64,000 nt of DNA from Gemmatimonadota bacterium (GTDB taxonomy: Bacteria; Gemmatimonadota; Gemmatimonadetes; Longimicrobiales; Gaopeijiaceae). A program made the position numbers and the translations under genes. Positions 40,805 to 52,313 of the stretch are shown here, piece after piece; the stretch's first letter is position 1, and every line of letters begins with the position of its first letter. The stretch lies in the NCBI GenBank assembly GCA_034521595.1, contig JAXHMG010000003.1:1504001-1568000 (forward strand), given 5' to 3'. The notes below the pieces were generated by a model, which saw nothing but the letters and a program-made list of their open reading frames with translations, was not told the DNA's origin and did not search any database.

Positions 40805-42109
40805 ATGACGGACACGCATTGCTGCCCGGCGTTGTTGGTCGCCGCCCCGGCTTCCGGCCATGGCAAGACCACGGTCACCGCGGCGCTGGCGCGTCATCAT
40901 CGCAACCGGGGACGGCGGGTGCGGGTGTTCAAGGTGGGACCGGATTTCATCGATCCCATGATCCACGAATGCGCCGCCGGTACGCCCGTATACCAGTTGG
41001 ATCTGTGGCTGGTCGGCGAAGACGCCTGCCGGCGGCTGTTGTACGAGGCGGCGGCCGACGCCGATTTGATCCTGGTCGAGGGGGTCATGGGCCTGTTCGA
41101 CGGCAACCCGTCCACTGCAGATCTCGCGGAAACACTCGGGTTGCCGGTGTTGGCGGTGATCGATGCAAGCGCCATGGCGCAGACCTTCGGCGCGGTGGCG
41201 CTGGGTTTGGACCGGTACCGGGACGCCGTTCATGTCACGGGCGTGATCGCCAACCGCATCGGAAGTCCCGCTCACGAGCAGATGCTACAACAGGCTCTGC
41301 CGCCGGCCATCGATTACTACGGCAGCCTGCCCCGCGATGAAGCGATCACCCTGCCGGATCGCCACCTCGGCCTGGTGCAGGCGGAGGAGATCGACGACCT
41401 GGATGGACGTCTCGACGCCGCCGCCGAACAGCTCGGCCGGAGCATGGAGGTGGCGCTCCCGGAACCGAGCACATTCCCGCGCCCGAAGGCCTCGGTCGAT
41501 CACGAAGACAGCGGCCAACCGCTGGCCGGCCGGTGCATCGCCGTGGCCCGCGACCGCGCCTTCGCTTTCGTCTATCGGGCCAACCTCGATCTGTTGCAGC
41601 AGTTGGGTGCCGACCTCGCTTATTTCTCACCGGTGAACGGCGAGGACCTGCCTCCGGCCGACGCCGTCTATCTGCCCGGGGGCTATCCGGAACTGCACCT
41701 CGACGCGCTGGCTGCCAACGAACCGCTGAAACAGGCGCTAGCCGCTCATCATGCCGCCGGCAAGCCGTTGGTCGCCGAGTGTGGCGGCATGCTCTACCTG
41801 CTCGAGTCGCTGACCGACAAGCACGGCACAGTAGCGGCCATGGCCGGCCTGCTGCCGGGGACCGCCGTCGTGCAGGAACGGCTGACGGCGCTGGCCTTGC
41901 AAGCGGTGACCTTGCCGGAAGGCACGCTGCGCGGCCATACGTTCCACCACGCACGCATGAACTCACCGCTCGAGGCCATCGCCCGCGGCGAGTGTCCGAA
42001 CCGGAGGAGTACGGCCGAGGCGGTCTATCGTGACGGGCGGCTCACGGCCAGCTACATCCACTTCTATCTGCCATCGAACCCGGCCGCCGCTGCAGCGCTG
42101 TTTCGGTGA
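40805..42109 (+). CDS. cobB: Cobyrinate a,c-diamide synthase
   Basis: ASGHGKTT, FKVGPDFIDP, VEGVMGLFDG, RHLGL, GGYPE, AECGGMLYL. Confidence 0.95.
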   Translation: MTDTHCCPALLVAAPASGHGKTTVTAALARHHRNRGRRVRVFKVGPDFIDPMIHECAAGTPVYQLDLWLVGEDACRRLLYEAAADADLILVEGVMGLFDGNPSTADLAETLGLPVLAVIDASAMAQTFGAVALGLDRYRDAVHVTGVIANRIGSPAHEQMLQQALPPAIDYYGSLPRDEAITLPDRHLGLVQAEEIDDLDGRLDAAAEQLGRSMEVALPEPSTFPRPKASVDHEDSGQPLAGRCIAVARDRAFAFVYRANLDLLQQLGADLAYFSPVNGEDLPPADAVYLPGGYPELHLDALAANEPLKQALAAHHAAGKPLVAECGGMLYLLESLTDKHGTVAAMAGLLPGTAVVQERLTALALQAVTLPEGTLRGHTFHHARMNSPLEAIARGECPNRRSTAEAVYRDGRLTASYIHFYLPSNPAAAAALFR

Positions 42110-42161
42110 GGAGGCGGCGGGGCGTCGTTCGAGGGCTGCGCGAGGGGGGCCGGTCGCCGCT

Positions 42162-42914
42162 TCAGCTCCCTCCACCGTCTCGGGATCCGGTCTCGATCAG
42201 TATGACCCCCGCCGCGGCGAGCGGATACCGGGTGGTAGCCACCGATCCGCGGAGGATCCGGATCCTCGTCACCGATGCCGCCGGAATCTGGTTCAAGGCG
42301 TCGATGGCTCCCGCAGCCCCTCCCTCGTCGATGCGCACACCGTTCAGATAGATCGCCGGGTCGTTCGGCAGGGTCAGAGAGCTCACGCCTCGGAGCCGAA
42401 CCCTGGCGCCCGATCCCACGTCGCCGTCGGTGCGGGACACCGTCAATCCGGGCACCTGCTGCTCGAGGAGGTCGACGGCCGTACCGCTCGCGTCGTCCCG
42501 GCCGGACACGTCGGATTCAACATGCCCTTGCTCGCGATCCGCGTCTCCGGTCACCCGGAGACCCTCCAGCACGGCCGTCACGGGAAGGAGCTCAAATCGT
42601 ACGACCGAGACCTCGCCGGGCAGGACTTCCAATGTTTCCACCAGCGTGCTGTAGCCGTCCCGCTCGATCCGGACGGTCACGTCCCCCTCGCTCACTCCCT
42701 CGATCGAAAACCGTCCGTCCTCTTCGGTGAGCACACCACTCCGGGAATCGGACAGGACGACCGTAGCACCCTCGATGGGCTCGCCGCTCTCTTCATCGAC
42801 GACCGAACCGATCAATGCCCCCTGGGTCTGTGCGCCGACCGCGGCAGCGCCCACGAGCAGAGCGAGCGCCACGATCCCGCCCCGGCCGACGACCTTGGAG
42901 GATGATGAGGACAT
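42162..42914 (-). CDS. Carboxypeptidase-regulatory-like plus TonB plug domain protein (no barrel)
   Basis: GSVVDEESGEPI, VRLRGVSS, PAIYLNGVR, GVILIET. Confidence 0.8.
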   Translation of the reverse strand: MSSSSSKVVGRGGIVALALLVGAAAVGAQTQGALIGSVVDEESGEPIEGATVVLSDSRSGVLTEEDGRFSIEGVSEGDVTVRIERDGYSTLVETLEVLPGEVSVVRFELLPVTAVLEGLRVTGDADREQGHVESDVSGRDDASGTAVDLLEQQVPGLTVSRTDGDVGSGARVRLRGVSSLTLPNDPAIYLNGVRIDEGGAAGAIDALNQIPAASVTRIRILRGSVATTRYPLAAAGVILIETGSRDGGGS

Positions 42915-42932
42915 GCTGGCTTCGGCTCCCGT

Positions 42933-43802
42933 TCAGGGGTCTGGCTCGGCCCTCCAGGCATCGTAACGCATCCGCAGGGTCACCACCGGGTTGGCGTTCT
43001 CGTCGGAACGGGTATTCTCGTCCGTCACGCTGATGTAGAGCGGGTAGTCGCCATCGTTGAAGCCCTCCTCCTCACGGGCCTCGTCGTCGGCGTCGGCCGC
43101 CATGATGTAGGCCACGTCGGCATGACGATATTCACACGGCGCGTCCGGCGCGGACTCGTCCTCGCAGCTACAACGAGCGTCCCCTCCGGCGCGGTCGGCG
43201 GCTTCCATCGCGGCTATGACCCGGTCCGTGACGGACCCCTCGCTTTCCTCCATGGCCCCCACGGCATCCTGGACCACGGAGTACGACGCCAGAATGTTTC
43301 CCTGGATCGAATAGTAGATCTCGGTGCCGGGGACCCGTCCTTGTACGTCCGACGACGCGGCGCTGGTCTGCGCTCCCGAAAAGCCTGCGAACCGACCTTC
43401 CAGGTCCACGATGCCGAACTGCCGATCCTGGATCTCGGGGTCGGTCATGAGCATCTCGAGGATTCTGGAGGGATGGGTGCCGTCCTCGAGCTGGCGAAAG
43501 ATCAGCTCCTGGTTGGAGCGGTCCCGGTCCACGCCCGCCTGTGCGGCGGCAACCCCCATCCCCGGAACCACGACGGCCTGGATGTCCCTCAGGTCGTCGG
43601 CCGGGAACGTCAGCAGTCTCGCCTGCGGCACGCACGTAGCGGAGGCGATCACGACCTGCCCCGTCGACCGATCCACGGCGATGACCGACCAGGTGGCCGA
43701 CGCCGGTATCGGTAACACGGCCAGAAAGATCGCCGCTGCCGCCGCAACGATGAGGCTCCTCGAAAGCCATCCTTCAGCACGGTGTCGCACCCACTCGCTC
43801 AT
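42933..43802 (-). CDS. DUF1028 (Ntn-hydrolase-like) exported protein
   Basis: ATWSVIAVD, RQFGIVD, QGNILA, GGDARC. Confidence 0.85.
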   Translation of the reverse strand: MSEWVRHRAEGWLSRSLIVAAAAAIFLAVLPIPASATWSVIAVDRSTGQVVIASATCVPQARLLTFPADDLRDIQAVVVPGMGVAAAQAGVDRDRSNQELIFRQLEDGTHPSRILEMLMTDPEIQDRQFGIVDLEGRFAGFSGAQTSAASSDVQGRVPGTEIYYSIQGNILASYSVVQDAVGAMEESEGSVTDRVIAAMEAADRAGGDARCSCEDESAPDAPCEYRHADVAYIMAADADDEAREEEGFNDGDYPLYISVTDENTRSDENANPVVTLRMRYDAWRAEPDP

Positions 43803-44842
43803 CGTTCCCTCCTCGGATCGATCAGTTCCGCGAAGCCGGAGTTGCTTCGAATGGAATCGAAATCGCTGTCCTCTGCGGCACGCTCCCGGTACCGCTCCTC
43901 ACGCTCAATGGCCTCGGCCAAGGCTCGAACCGCCTCGTCACCCTCCCCGGCCCGTGCGTGAAGCTCGGCGAGCCCGTAGTAGTAGCGCGCGTTCTCCGGC
44001 TGGAGCTCGATGGCCCGCCTCTGAGCCCGAAAGGCCTCGGTGTGGCGCCCTTCGGTGGCCAACGCGTCCGCGCGGCGCGAATGATTCCGAGCCACGGCCA
44101 TCCCCAGGAGTCTGCGCATCTCCACGAACGGCTCCGGATGGTCGTCCACCCGGATGTCCACCCACAGGTCGTCGTCCCGGGACGGATCATCGCCAATCGG
44201 CTTCACGACGAAGATGCCACCCGCTTGCTTCCCTCGGGCGTCCCCGCCAGCCGCCTGCCCGGCGTCCAACGCGTCCATCATCCGCTCCGCCAGCGTTCCG
44301 TCGGACGCTTCGAAGGTTCGGGCCATCGCCTGCACCACCTCTTCGCCGGCGAGGATGTTCCCTTGGACCGAATAGTTCTCGCCTTCGATATGTCCGTTCC
44401 AATCACTGGTTTCCGAGCCGGTGTACGCCTTGACTCGGCCTCGCGCGTCGATGACCGCGAGCTGCCGACTGGCCCCGCCCACGTCGTTCGTCGTCAGCCG
44501 CCGCACGACTTCCGCGGGCGAAGCGCCCTGGGACAGGAGCCGAAGCCCTTCCGGGCCATAGGCCTCGTTTGCGGAGGCCTGGGTGGCGATGGCACCCAAG
44601 CCGGCCTTCGCGAAGGGCACGATAGCACCGGCGCGGAAGGCCCGGGACTGGATTCCCACCCCGAGCTCGCCCGTCTCCGGGTCGAACGCGACGATGGAGA
44701 ACGTGGAGACCGGCTCGTCGCCGACGCCTTCCGTCTCCTCCCACGGGGTCTGCGCCGCCGCCCCGTTGGACAACGACACCGACAAAGCCAGCGCGAGGAG
44801 AAGGGGGCCGCCCGTGTTCATCAATCTGCTACCATCCGTCAT
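43799..44842 (-). CDS. DUF1028 protein with C-terminal TPR
   Basis: STFSIVAFD, IATQA, QGNILAG, GGDARG, DIRVDDH, TPR-like tail. Confidence 0.88.
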   Translation of the reverse strand: MTDGSRLMNTGGPLLLALALSVSLSNGAAAQTPWEETEGVGDEPVSTFSIVAFDPETGELGVGIQSRAFRAGAIVPFAKAGLGAIATQASANEAYGPEGLRLLSQGASPAEVVRRLTTNDVGGASRQLAVIDARGRVKAYTGSETSDWNGHIEGENYSVQGNILAGEEVVQAMARTFEASDGTLAERMMDALDAGQAAGGDARGKQAGGIFVVKPIGDDPSRDDDLWVDIRVDDHPEPFVEMRRLLGMAVARNHSRRADALATEGRHTEAFRAQRRAIELQPENARYYYGLAELHARAGEGDEAVRALAEAIEREERYRERAAEDSDFDSIRSNSGFAELIDPRRER

Positions 44843-44946
44843 AACTACCTCTCCGGAGCTATGTGTCGTGGGCGGGAAGTTCACGAACCGCCCACCAGTT
44901 GCTGGAACTCCGAGTCCTCATGGACCGAACCTCCCCGGTCCCCCCA

Positions 44947-46260
44947 TCACGTGCTCTCGATGTTCGGGACCGGATAACAGGTCGTCGTGCCGTAGGGCTG
45001 TCCGTAGTCGTTCGTCCCATCGGGGTGGTCGGATCCCGGCTCACCGAGGAACGGGACTTCATACGGGGTTCCCCGCCACCGCAGGTGGTCTCGCAGTCGG
45101 TGTCCTCCTTCGACGAACAGCTCCCGCTTCCGCTCTTCGATGACGTGCTCGATCACCGCATCCTGGGTCGGCAGATCATCTTCCGTTACGGTCGGGATGC
45201 CGGCCTCGTCGTGAAGGTCCTGGAGAATGCCGATCGCCCGGTCGAGGTCGTTCGTCATAGCGGCAGCTTCGGCCAGGAAGAGCCGGGCCTCGCGATACGA
45301 AGCGATCAGACGGTCGTCGCCCTGAGTCTCGACCTTGTCGTGACGCCAGATGATGCTGGCGTTGTCGTGCCCGACGAAGCCCGTATTCACGACATTCACC
45401 CGTGGGTCCTCCTCCCCCTTCCACCGCAGGTCACGGAAGCTCGGGGCGACGGTTCCGCTCCGGTTGGACTCCAGACGATTGATGGACTCGAGGGTGTTCT
45501 GGCGGCGAGAGGGCTGCGCTTCACGCGTCGCCATCACCTCGAAGCCTTCGGTGACCAGCTCCGCATCCGAGATCGCGTCTTCGTAGTTTTCCAAGTCGAG
45601 ATTGGCTCGAGCTCGTCCCACCCGGGCCATGTCCACCAGATCGGCGTTGCCTGCCTGCTGCGCCAGGTCGAGCGCGTCGGTGAAACGGCTGACGGCAATG
45701 TCGAGCAACTGCTCGGGGGTCAGAATCTCGTCGCCGGCGTCTATCGGGGTGCCGCAGTATCCTTCACCGAACGCCACGTACGTGAAGCCCGCGTACGCGC
45801 GCATCTCGGCCATGTACTGCTGGCGCTCCGGCACCTCCTCGTCCGTGAATCCTTGGAGGCGGTCGTAATGCGACTCGAGCATGAACCGCGCCGTGTGCAT
45901 GGGCGTGAAGATACCGGTCCATCCCGCGCAGGAGCCCTGAGCGTAGGCGGTGAAGTCGGGGGTGATCTGCCGCAGCATGGAGCGCTGCGCGGTGATGTTC
46001 CCCGAGGCCGGCAGGTACTCGTCGGAATGGAGCGCCGACTGGGTGACGTAGCTGTCCCATACGCACTCGAAGTCCCCGATGGCCGAGTTACGCATTACCG
46101 TGGCCATGGCGGGGGCCTCTACGTCGTCAGCCTCGACATTACCGGGTAGATCCACGTCCAGCAGCCCCTCCGTGTCGCAGGCGGAGGACAGCAGCGTGAG
46201 GAGGGCCAAGGGAAGCAGCCTCGACCCCAGGAGGCGCGTAATCCAGGTGGTGATAGGCAT
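44947..46260 (-). CDS. RagB/SusD family lipoprotein
   Basis: Lipobox SSAC; ERKRELFVEGGHRLRDHLRW. Confidence 0.88.
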   Translation of the reverse strand: MPITTWITRLLGSRLLPLALLTLLSSACDTEGLLDVDLPGNVEADDVEAPAMATVMRNSAIGDFECVWDSYVTQSALHSDEYLPASGNITAQRSMLRQITPDFTAYAQGSCAGWTGIFTPMHTARFMLESHYDRLQGFTDEEVPERQQYMAEMRAYAGFTYVAFGEGYCGTPIDAGDEILTPEQLLDIAVSRFTDALDLAQQAGNADLVDMARVGRARANLDLENYEDAISDAELVTEGFEVMATREAQPSRRQNTLESINRLESNRSGTVAPSFRDLRWKGEEDPRVNVVNTGFVGHDNASIIWRHDKVETQGDDRLIASYREARLFLAEAAAMTNDLDRAIGILQDLHDEAGIPTVTEDDLPTQDAVIEHVIEERKRELFVEGGHRLRDHLRWRGTPYEVPFLGEPGSDHPDGTNDYGQPYGTTTCYPVPNIEST

Positions 46261-46322
46261 GGAATGTCTCTCTGAGCAGGAATCTGTGTGCATTCGGGCG
46301 CGTGTCGGCTCGTCGATACGCA

Positions 46323-49300
46323 TCAGAACGTCACCCGTAGCGTCGCGTTGAACCGTTTGTGGGTCGGCCAGACATCCTGGAAGTACGCGGTTAGCCCCCC
46401 GGGTCCGTACCCGACGCCCCGGTGTATCGCAGCTCCGGGTCCACGATCTTACGGCCGAAGCCCTCTTCCTGGGCGCGCCACGGCATCCAGAGGTTCTGGC
46501 CCGAGACGCTGAGCGTGGCCGTGCTGGCGCCGATGCTGGCCGCCAGGCCTTCGGGCAACGTGTAACTCGCGGACACCGTCCGGAGCCGAGCGAAGCTGGC
46601 GTCGAAGAGGCCCGGTTGGTTCGTTCCCAGATCTGCCAGGGCCTCGTAGCCGAGGAGGATCGGGTCGTCACGCTCCTCGATCTCCCGGGTGTTGCGGAAG
46701 AACGTGTGTGCCGCGGCCACGTGCCCGTCAATCAGATGATGTCCCCCTTCGTAGTCCAACTGAGCGTACAGACGCAGATCGTTGAAGAGGGTCACGGTCG
46801 CCGTGAATCCTACCTCGCGGGTGGGTATGGGCTGGCCCCAGAAGACTTCAGGCGCGTCCTCACTGTCGCACGGCACCGGATCACCTCCCCCACGGGTGAG
46901 GTTCGTGCCGGGTACGGCGATGGGGCCGCTCTCACACATCACGTTCACGGCACGCGCGTCGAGCCCGTCTCCCACGATGTCCGCCGAGACGACTCGGGGT
47001 CCGAAGATGGCGCCCACCGGGAATCCTTCGGCAAAGCGCTGCCGCGACCAACCCGTGGAAGGGTTGGAGGCCGTGAGCGGCAAGGGGCCGATCCCCCCCA
47101 TGTCGGTGATCTCGTTGTCGTTCAAGTGGAGGGACGTACCGAGATGGACGTTCACGTCCTGGCCACGGTACGCATCCCACTCGAGACCGATCTCGTAGCC
47201 CGTGTTCCGGATTTCACCCAGGTTACGGAACTGAGTGCCCGGAAAGCCCGTGGAGGGCCGCACGGGGACGTTGATGAGGGCGTTCCTCCGATTCTGGTTG
47301 TAACGGGTGAACTCGACCGCCAGGCGATCGTCGAAGAGCCCGGCATCGAACCCGAGCTCGATCTCCTCGCCCACCTCCGGCTCCACCGCCTCGTTGCCGA
47401 CCGTGGCAGGGGTCACACCCGGCTGGCCCTGGAAGGAGGTCACCGGCTCGTACAGCCGCGCTGCCGCGAAGATATCGGGCTGCTGACCCGCTTCGCCCCA
47501 CGCCCCACGAAGCCGCAAGGAAGTGAGCCAATCCACATCGCTGAGCATGGCCTCCTCCGACACGACCCAGCTCGCGCTCAGCTTCGGATAGACAACGAAG
47601 TCGAAGTCCCGCCCGAACGCCGAGTTGTCGTCACCCCTTCCGGCGACGGTCACGAAGAGCCGATTCTCCCAGGAGAACTGCTCCTGGACGTACACCCCGA
47701 ACGTCTTGTTCTGGATGAAGAAATCGCTCGTGCTGCGTTCCGCGCCCGCCGAGATGCTCTCGAGCGTGGGGACGGGGAAATTCTCTCCCTCACTCTGCAC
47801 GGACTCGACGGTCTTGTCGTAGTACTGGACGCCGGTCGACGTGGCCAGCTCCAGCCCGGAGATGGGCTCCCAGTTGGCCGTGGCCCCGTAGTCGAGGCTG
47901 ACGTACTCGGTGGTCTGATATTCCACCTCGCGCATACCCTGGCGGGGACTGGCGCCCACCCCACCCTGGAGGTGCTTCAGGAGGTGGTGATTCCTGGTTT
48001 CGGTCAGATCGAAGCCGACGATGAGCCGATGGTCGAGCCAGTCGAAGGGCTGATGGTTGGTGGTCAAATTGTACGTGTTGCGGATCACGTCCTGCCCGCC
48101 CCGGACATTCTCCTCGTAGACCTCGGGGAGATAGGCGATGTAGCCCCGGAAGGGACCGTCCAACGCATTCGGCTGCCCCGATCCCTCCTCACAGCCCGCG
48201 CCCGGACACGCCCAGTGGAAGGCGACCGTGATCGGCTGTTCGGCGGACGCGGACGAGAACTCCGATCGGACGAGCCCCAGTCCCAACGACACGGTCAGGT
48301 CGTCACGTGGCGCCCAATCCAGGTTGCCTCGACCATTGAGCTGGTTCTTCCAGTTATAGGGGACCGCACCCTCGTCGTGATCCCAGCCCAGGCTGAAGTG
48401 GTAGCGGAGACCGTTGCCTCCGCCCGAGACCGCGCCACTGAGCCCGTAAGGCATGCCGACACGGAAGTGGTTCATTCCGTGTCGCTCCCAGTCCTCCTGG
48501 AAGACGTTCACCCCGACGATCTCACCCGGCGTGCAGCTCCCATCCCCGATCCCCTGGCAGGTGAAGTAGGCGCTGGGCCAGTGCTTTCGGGGATCCGGGT
48601 ACCAGCTCTGTCCCACTTTGCTGGTGAGCGTGAACTGGGGCTCCCCCTCCACCCCTTTCTTCGTGATGATCTGGATCACGCCGTTGGACGCCTCGGTACC
48701 GTACAACGTCGCTGCGGCGGGCCCCTTGATGACCTCGATGGATTCGATCATCTCGGGATCGATATCATTCAAGCGCGTCGGCGCGCCCGTGCCGTCCACA
48801 CCCACCGAGCTCCCGTATTGGTCACCCGCCTCGTTGTTCACCCGGACGCCGTCGATATACACGAGCGGGTTCGAAGAGAGGACCAACGAGCCCGCTCCAC
48901 GAATCCGCATCGTGGCTCCGACTCCGACTTCTCCGCTGCCCAGATCCACGTTCGAGACCTGCGACATTGCCTCTGAGGAGGTTGTCCATGTTGGCCTGAG
49001 GAGCAGCGCGCTGGACCTCACCGACGTCGAACTCCCCGACCACGTTACCCAGGGACCGCGCCTGCTGTGCACCGGCCGTTCCCGTCACCACGAGCTCGTC
49101 CAACGCCAGCGCCTGCTGCCGCAGTTCGAAGTTCAGGGCTACCGTTTCACCTTCGACAACGGTCACCTCCTGGCTGGCACTCTGATACCCGATGAGCTCG
49201 GCGCGCACCGTGTGCGTTCCGGTGGGCACGTTCAGCATCAGGTACCGGCCGCTGGCCTGAGTGAGCGCACCCACCTCCGAGTCGGCAACGTAGACCTGGA

Positions 49301-49868
49301 CACCGGGCAAGGGCTCTCGGCTGCTCGCATCCACCACCTGCCCCGCGATGCTCCCTTGGAGGTCACGGCGCTCGATCGGGGCCCCCAGGCCGAGAGCCGC
49401 CATCTGGGAGCGCATGTCACGGGCGAACCGTACGGCCGGTATATGCACGTCCCGGGCCTCACTCCTCGCTTCGGGCTTGCGAACGACGAGTTGGCCGGCC
49501 GTTATCGAGAGCTCGAAGGGAATGCCGTCCAGGAGCGTGGCCAACGCGTCCTCGACGCTCACGTCACGGCACGAGCACGTCACCGCACGAGTCACGGGAA
49601 ACGCGGCGGGGCTGTAGGCCAAGAACACGCCCGAGGTCTTCTGCAGGGCCTGGAGAGCCTCACCGAGTGGGACGTCTTCCACATGGAGGTGGGCCGTGCG
49701 AGCCGTGAGCACGACGGCGGAGCCGGCCTGAGCCACCGAGGTGCGTGCGCCAGCAGCGTCGGCCAGGACATCTTGTCCCGTGGCCCCGCTGGGTGCGGAT
49801 AGACCGAACAATGCCGCGACGGCCAGGCTGCCGAGCCGACGGAGGGTTCGAACGCGTGGAACATGCAT
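46323..49868 (-). CDS. SusC/RagA TonB-dependent receptor with N-terminal STN domain (indels near 48975 and 46400)
   Basis: IESIEVIKGPAAATLYGTEASNGVIQIITKKG; C-terminal LRVTF*. Confidence 0.92.
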
Positions 49869-49994
49869 AGGTTCCTCCGAACCGAAGGAAAAAGGATGGC
49901 GAGCCGTGAAGGCCAGCCACGTGTTCACCGGTCGGTCGGACCGGACGATGGATTCATGGTTCATGTGATCCTTCTCCTTGACGCGAACGCGTCA

Positions 49995-51047
49995 TCAGCC
50001 GCTCGATTCGGAGGTTCCGATCCGGAAATAGCTTCGGCTGGGGTCCCGCTGACACCCGGCCTTGACGATCTCGCAGAGCACGAGGATCACGTCGTCGGCG
50101 GAGCGGTTCGTGAACGTGGCCGTGATCGGAACGTCTTGGAACTGCGGAGCGTCGAGGGTCACGGCGACCCCGAAGTGCCTTCGCACCTCCTCCACCACCC
50201 GCGCGAGGGGAGTCGCGCGGAAGACGAGGTGGTTGCCCATCCACTCGAGTTGGTCATGGATGTCGGAGGCCCGTCTCTTCGACAACGGCCGACCCGGCTC
50301 CTTGTCGCTCATCTCTCCCTCGACGAGCTCGACTTCCAACTCCTCGGAAGTCACTCCGACCTTCCCCTCCACGACCGTGACCCGGAAGCGCTCCGGCTTG
50401 GAACGCACCTCGAAGCGGGTACCGAAAACGGCCACTCGTCCTTGCTCGGTCTCGACGATGAAGCGTCGGTCGTCGTCTTCCGCCACACCGAAAAAGGCTC
50501 GTCCTTCCAGGCGCACCGTGCGATTCCGCCCCGTGCCGGTGAAGGTGAGCTCGCTCTCGGGTCCGACCCGGACGTCGGACCCGTCGGCGAGGGTCACCGT
50601 GACCACCTCCCCCGGCCCCGTCGCGACCGTCCGAGCAGCCAGCGGCTCCGGCAAAAAGCCCATTCCGTCCGCGAGCACCGCCAGGCCGAATCCCAAGGCG
50701 GCCACACCTGCGGCCACCAAACCGGCCCGGAGGCCCGTCAGCGAGCCGGAGGCGGCCGAGCGTCGCACGTTTCGGACTTGGTCGCCGGCCTCATCCTCTC
50801 GCGCGGTTGCCGATGCGTCGTGTCCCGGAACGCAGATCCGACCTTCGGCCCGTTCGATCAGGGCCTGCGGGTCCGGAGACGGAACCTCCTGGACATCTGT
50901 CTCCGCGAACGAAGTGATCGCCCACACACGTTGCAGGGCGCGGAATCGGTCCTCGTTCGCCGGGTCGAGTGCTCGCCACCGTTGGAGGCGGCGCAACTCA
51001 CCGGCCACGGCGCGTCCCTGCAAGACCCGAATGATGAGGTCGTCCAT
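49995..51047 (-). CDS. FecR family anti-sigma factor
   Basis: TLADGSDV, LEGRAFF, VFGTRFEV, LVFRATPL. Confidence 0.92.
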   Translation of the reverse strand: MDDLIIRVLQGRAVAGELRRLQRWRALDPANEDRFRALQRVWAITSFAETDVQEVPSPDPQALIERAEGRICVPGHDASATAREDEAGDQVRNVRRSAASGSLTGLRAGLVAAGVAALGFGLAVLADGMGFLPEPLAARTVATGPGEVVTVTLADGSDVRVGPESELTFTGTGRNRTVRLEGRAFFGVAEDDDRRFIVETEQGRVAVFGTRFEVRSKPERFRVTVVEGKVGVTSEELEVELVEGEMSDKEPGRPLSKRRASDIHDQLEWMGNHLVFRATPLARVVEEVRRHFGVAVTLDAPQFQDVPITATFTNRSADDVILVLCEIVKAGCQRDPSRSYFRIGTSESSG

Positions 51048-51285
51048 GCTCGTCTTCAGCTCGTTTCAACTCCCCCGCGGAGGATTCCGGACGCGGCCGC
51101 GGCCTCGGGAGGGTAGGCCGACCGGGGATCCACCTCTCTAACCGGTTTGAACACGAGCAGCGAGAAAAAGTACTATCGGCTTCGGGGAAACGGGTCGCTG
51201 AGGGCCATGGCGAGGCTCCCTACCCCCGGAAGGAGAAAGGCTGCGCTGACGACGTCAGTGGCGTCTCGGAAGGGAGCGCCGGTGG

Positions 51286-51927
51286 TCAGCTCGGGGTTCG
51301 GACACCGGACAGTTGGTCACGGAGGGACGCGAGTGCGGCGCTCATCTGGTTAGCCACCGTCTGCCGTGAGATTTCCAAGGCTTCCGCGATCTCGCCGTAA
51401 CTCAGACGGTGAAAGCGAGCCAGGACGAACACCTCGCGGCGCCGCTCCGGAAGGGACGCGATGGCGGCCTCCACCTCACGGCGGAGCGCATTGTCGTGAA
51501 ACACGATGTCGGGATCCCGCGGTGGGCGTGGCCCGGAGGCCGCGGCTTCCGGATTGCGCCGCAGACTCGCGCCCGACTTCCTCTCCCGTTCCGAGTTGAG
51601 CGCCAGGTTACGGGTGATTCGATAGAGGTAGGCGCTCACCGTGCCGCGCGGTTCCCACGTCGACCGATTTTGCCAGACTCGCACGAATGCTTCCTGAACC
51701 ACATCCTGCGCGCGGTCCCGTCCACCCACGATCGTATCGGCATAGCGGATCAGCCGGGGCCAGTAACGCCGAAGCAGCGTGGAAAACGCTTCGTGAGAGC
51801 CCCGATGGATTTCCCACATGACCGCCAGGTCATCGTCGGGCCGGGCAGCACGGGCATCCGAAGGAACATCGGCATCGTCCACTCCTCGACGATTCGCGTC
51901 GAGTGGAATCACGTCCCCGAGTGCCAT
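51286..51927 (-). CDS. ECF sigma-70 factor
   Basis: AQDVVQEAFVRVW, LPERRREVF, SYGEIAEAL. Confidence 0.93.
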   Translation of the reverse strand: MALGDVIPLDANRRGVDDADVPSDARAARPDDDLAVMWEIHRGSHEAFSTLLRRYWPRLIRYADTIVGGRDRAQDVVQEAFVRVWQNRSTWEPRGTVSAYLYRITRNLALNSERERKSGASLRRNPEAAASGPRPPRDPDIVFHDNALRREVEAAIASLPERRREVFVLARFHRLSYGEIAEALEISRQTVANQMSAALASLRDQLSGVRTPS

Positions 51928-52313
51928 GCCCCCTCCTTCCAGGTCCTGACGGCGTCCCCACCGCCACCATATGGGGCGTGAGCACCGCGCCGCAAGCGAG
52001 ACCGGAGGCGAACGAAGCTTGACCGAAACACGGACCGAAGCGACGGTGCCCGACCCCGAGTCGCCCGACCATGTCGGCGAACCAGTTGAGCATGACCCGC
52101 GTCCCTCCACGACGTCGCATACGGCTGCTCCCACCCCGGCCGGCTGATCGAGCTTCGCGAGGAAGGGACGACCTTTGACGTGCCCGCCGGCGAGATTCCC
52201 TGGTCGAACGTCAATGGGGGGCACCCGGCCGACTTGGATCGTGGACCTGCTCTCAGCCGCAGTCCGCCGGGTTCACGGGGGACGAGAACCCGAGGGCTCG
52301 CTTTCCGTCCAGG

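Noticed and set aside
46616-48976. 786-aa + strand ORF and similar long antisense ORFs (32527-34431, 55638-57563, 58292-60109, 59856-61724)
   Set aside because: Antisense to well-supported genes, with no motifs.
51930-52310. TTGACG...CGTCAA inverted repeat and the extended N-terminus of the sigma ORF
   Set aside because: Short repeat with a long spacer is expected by chance; the RBS supports the start at 51927.
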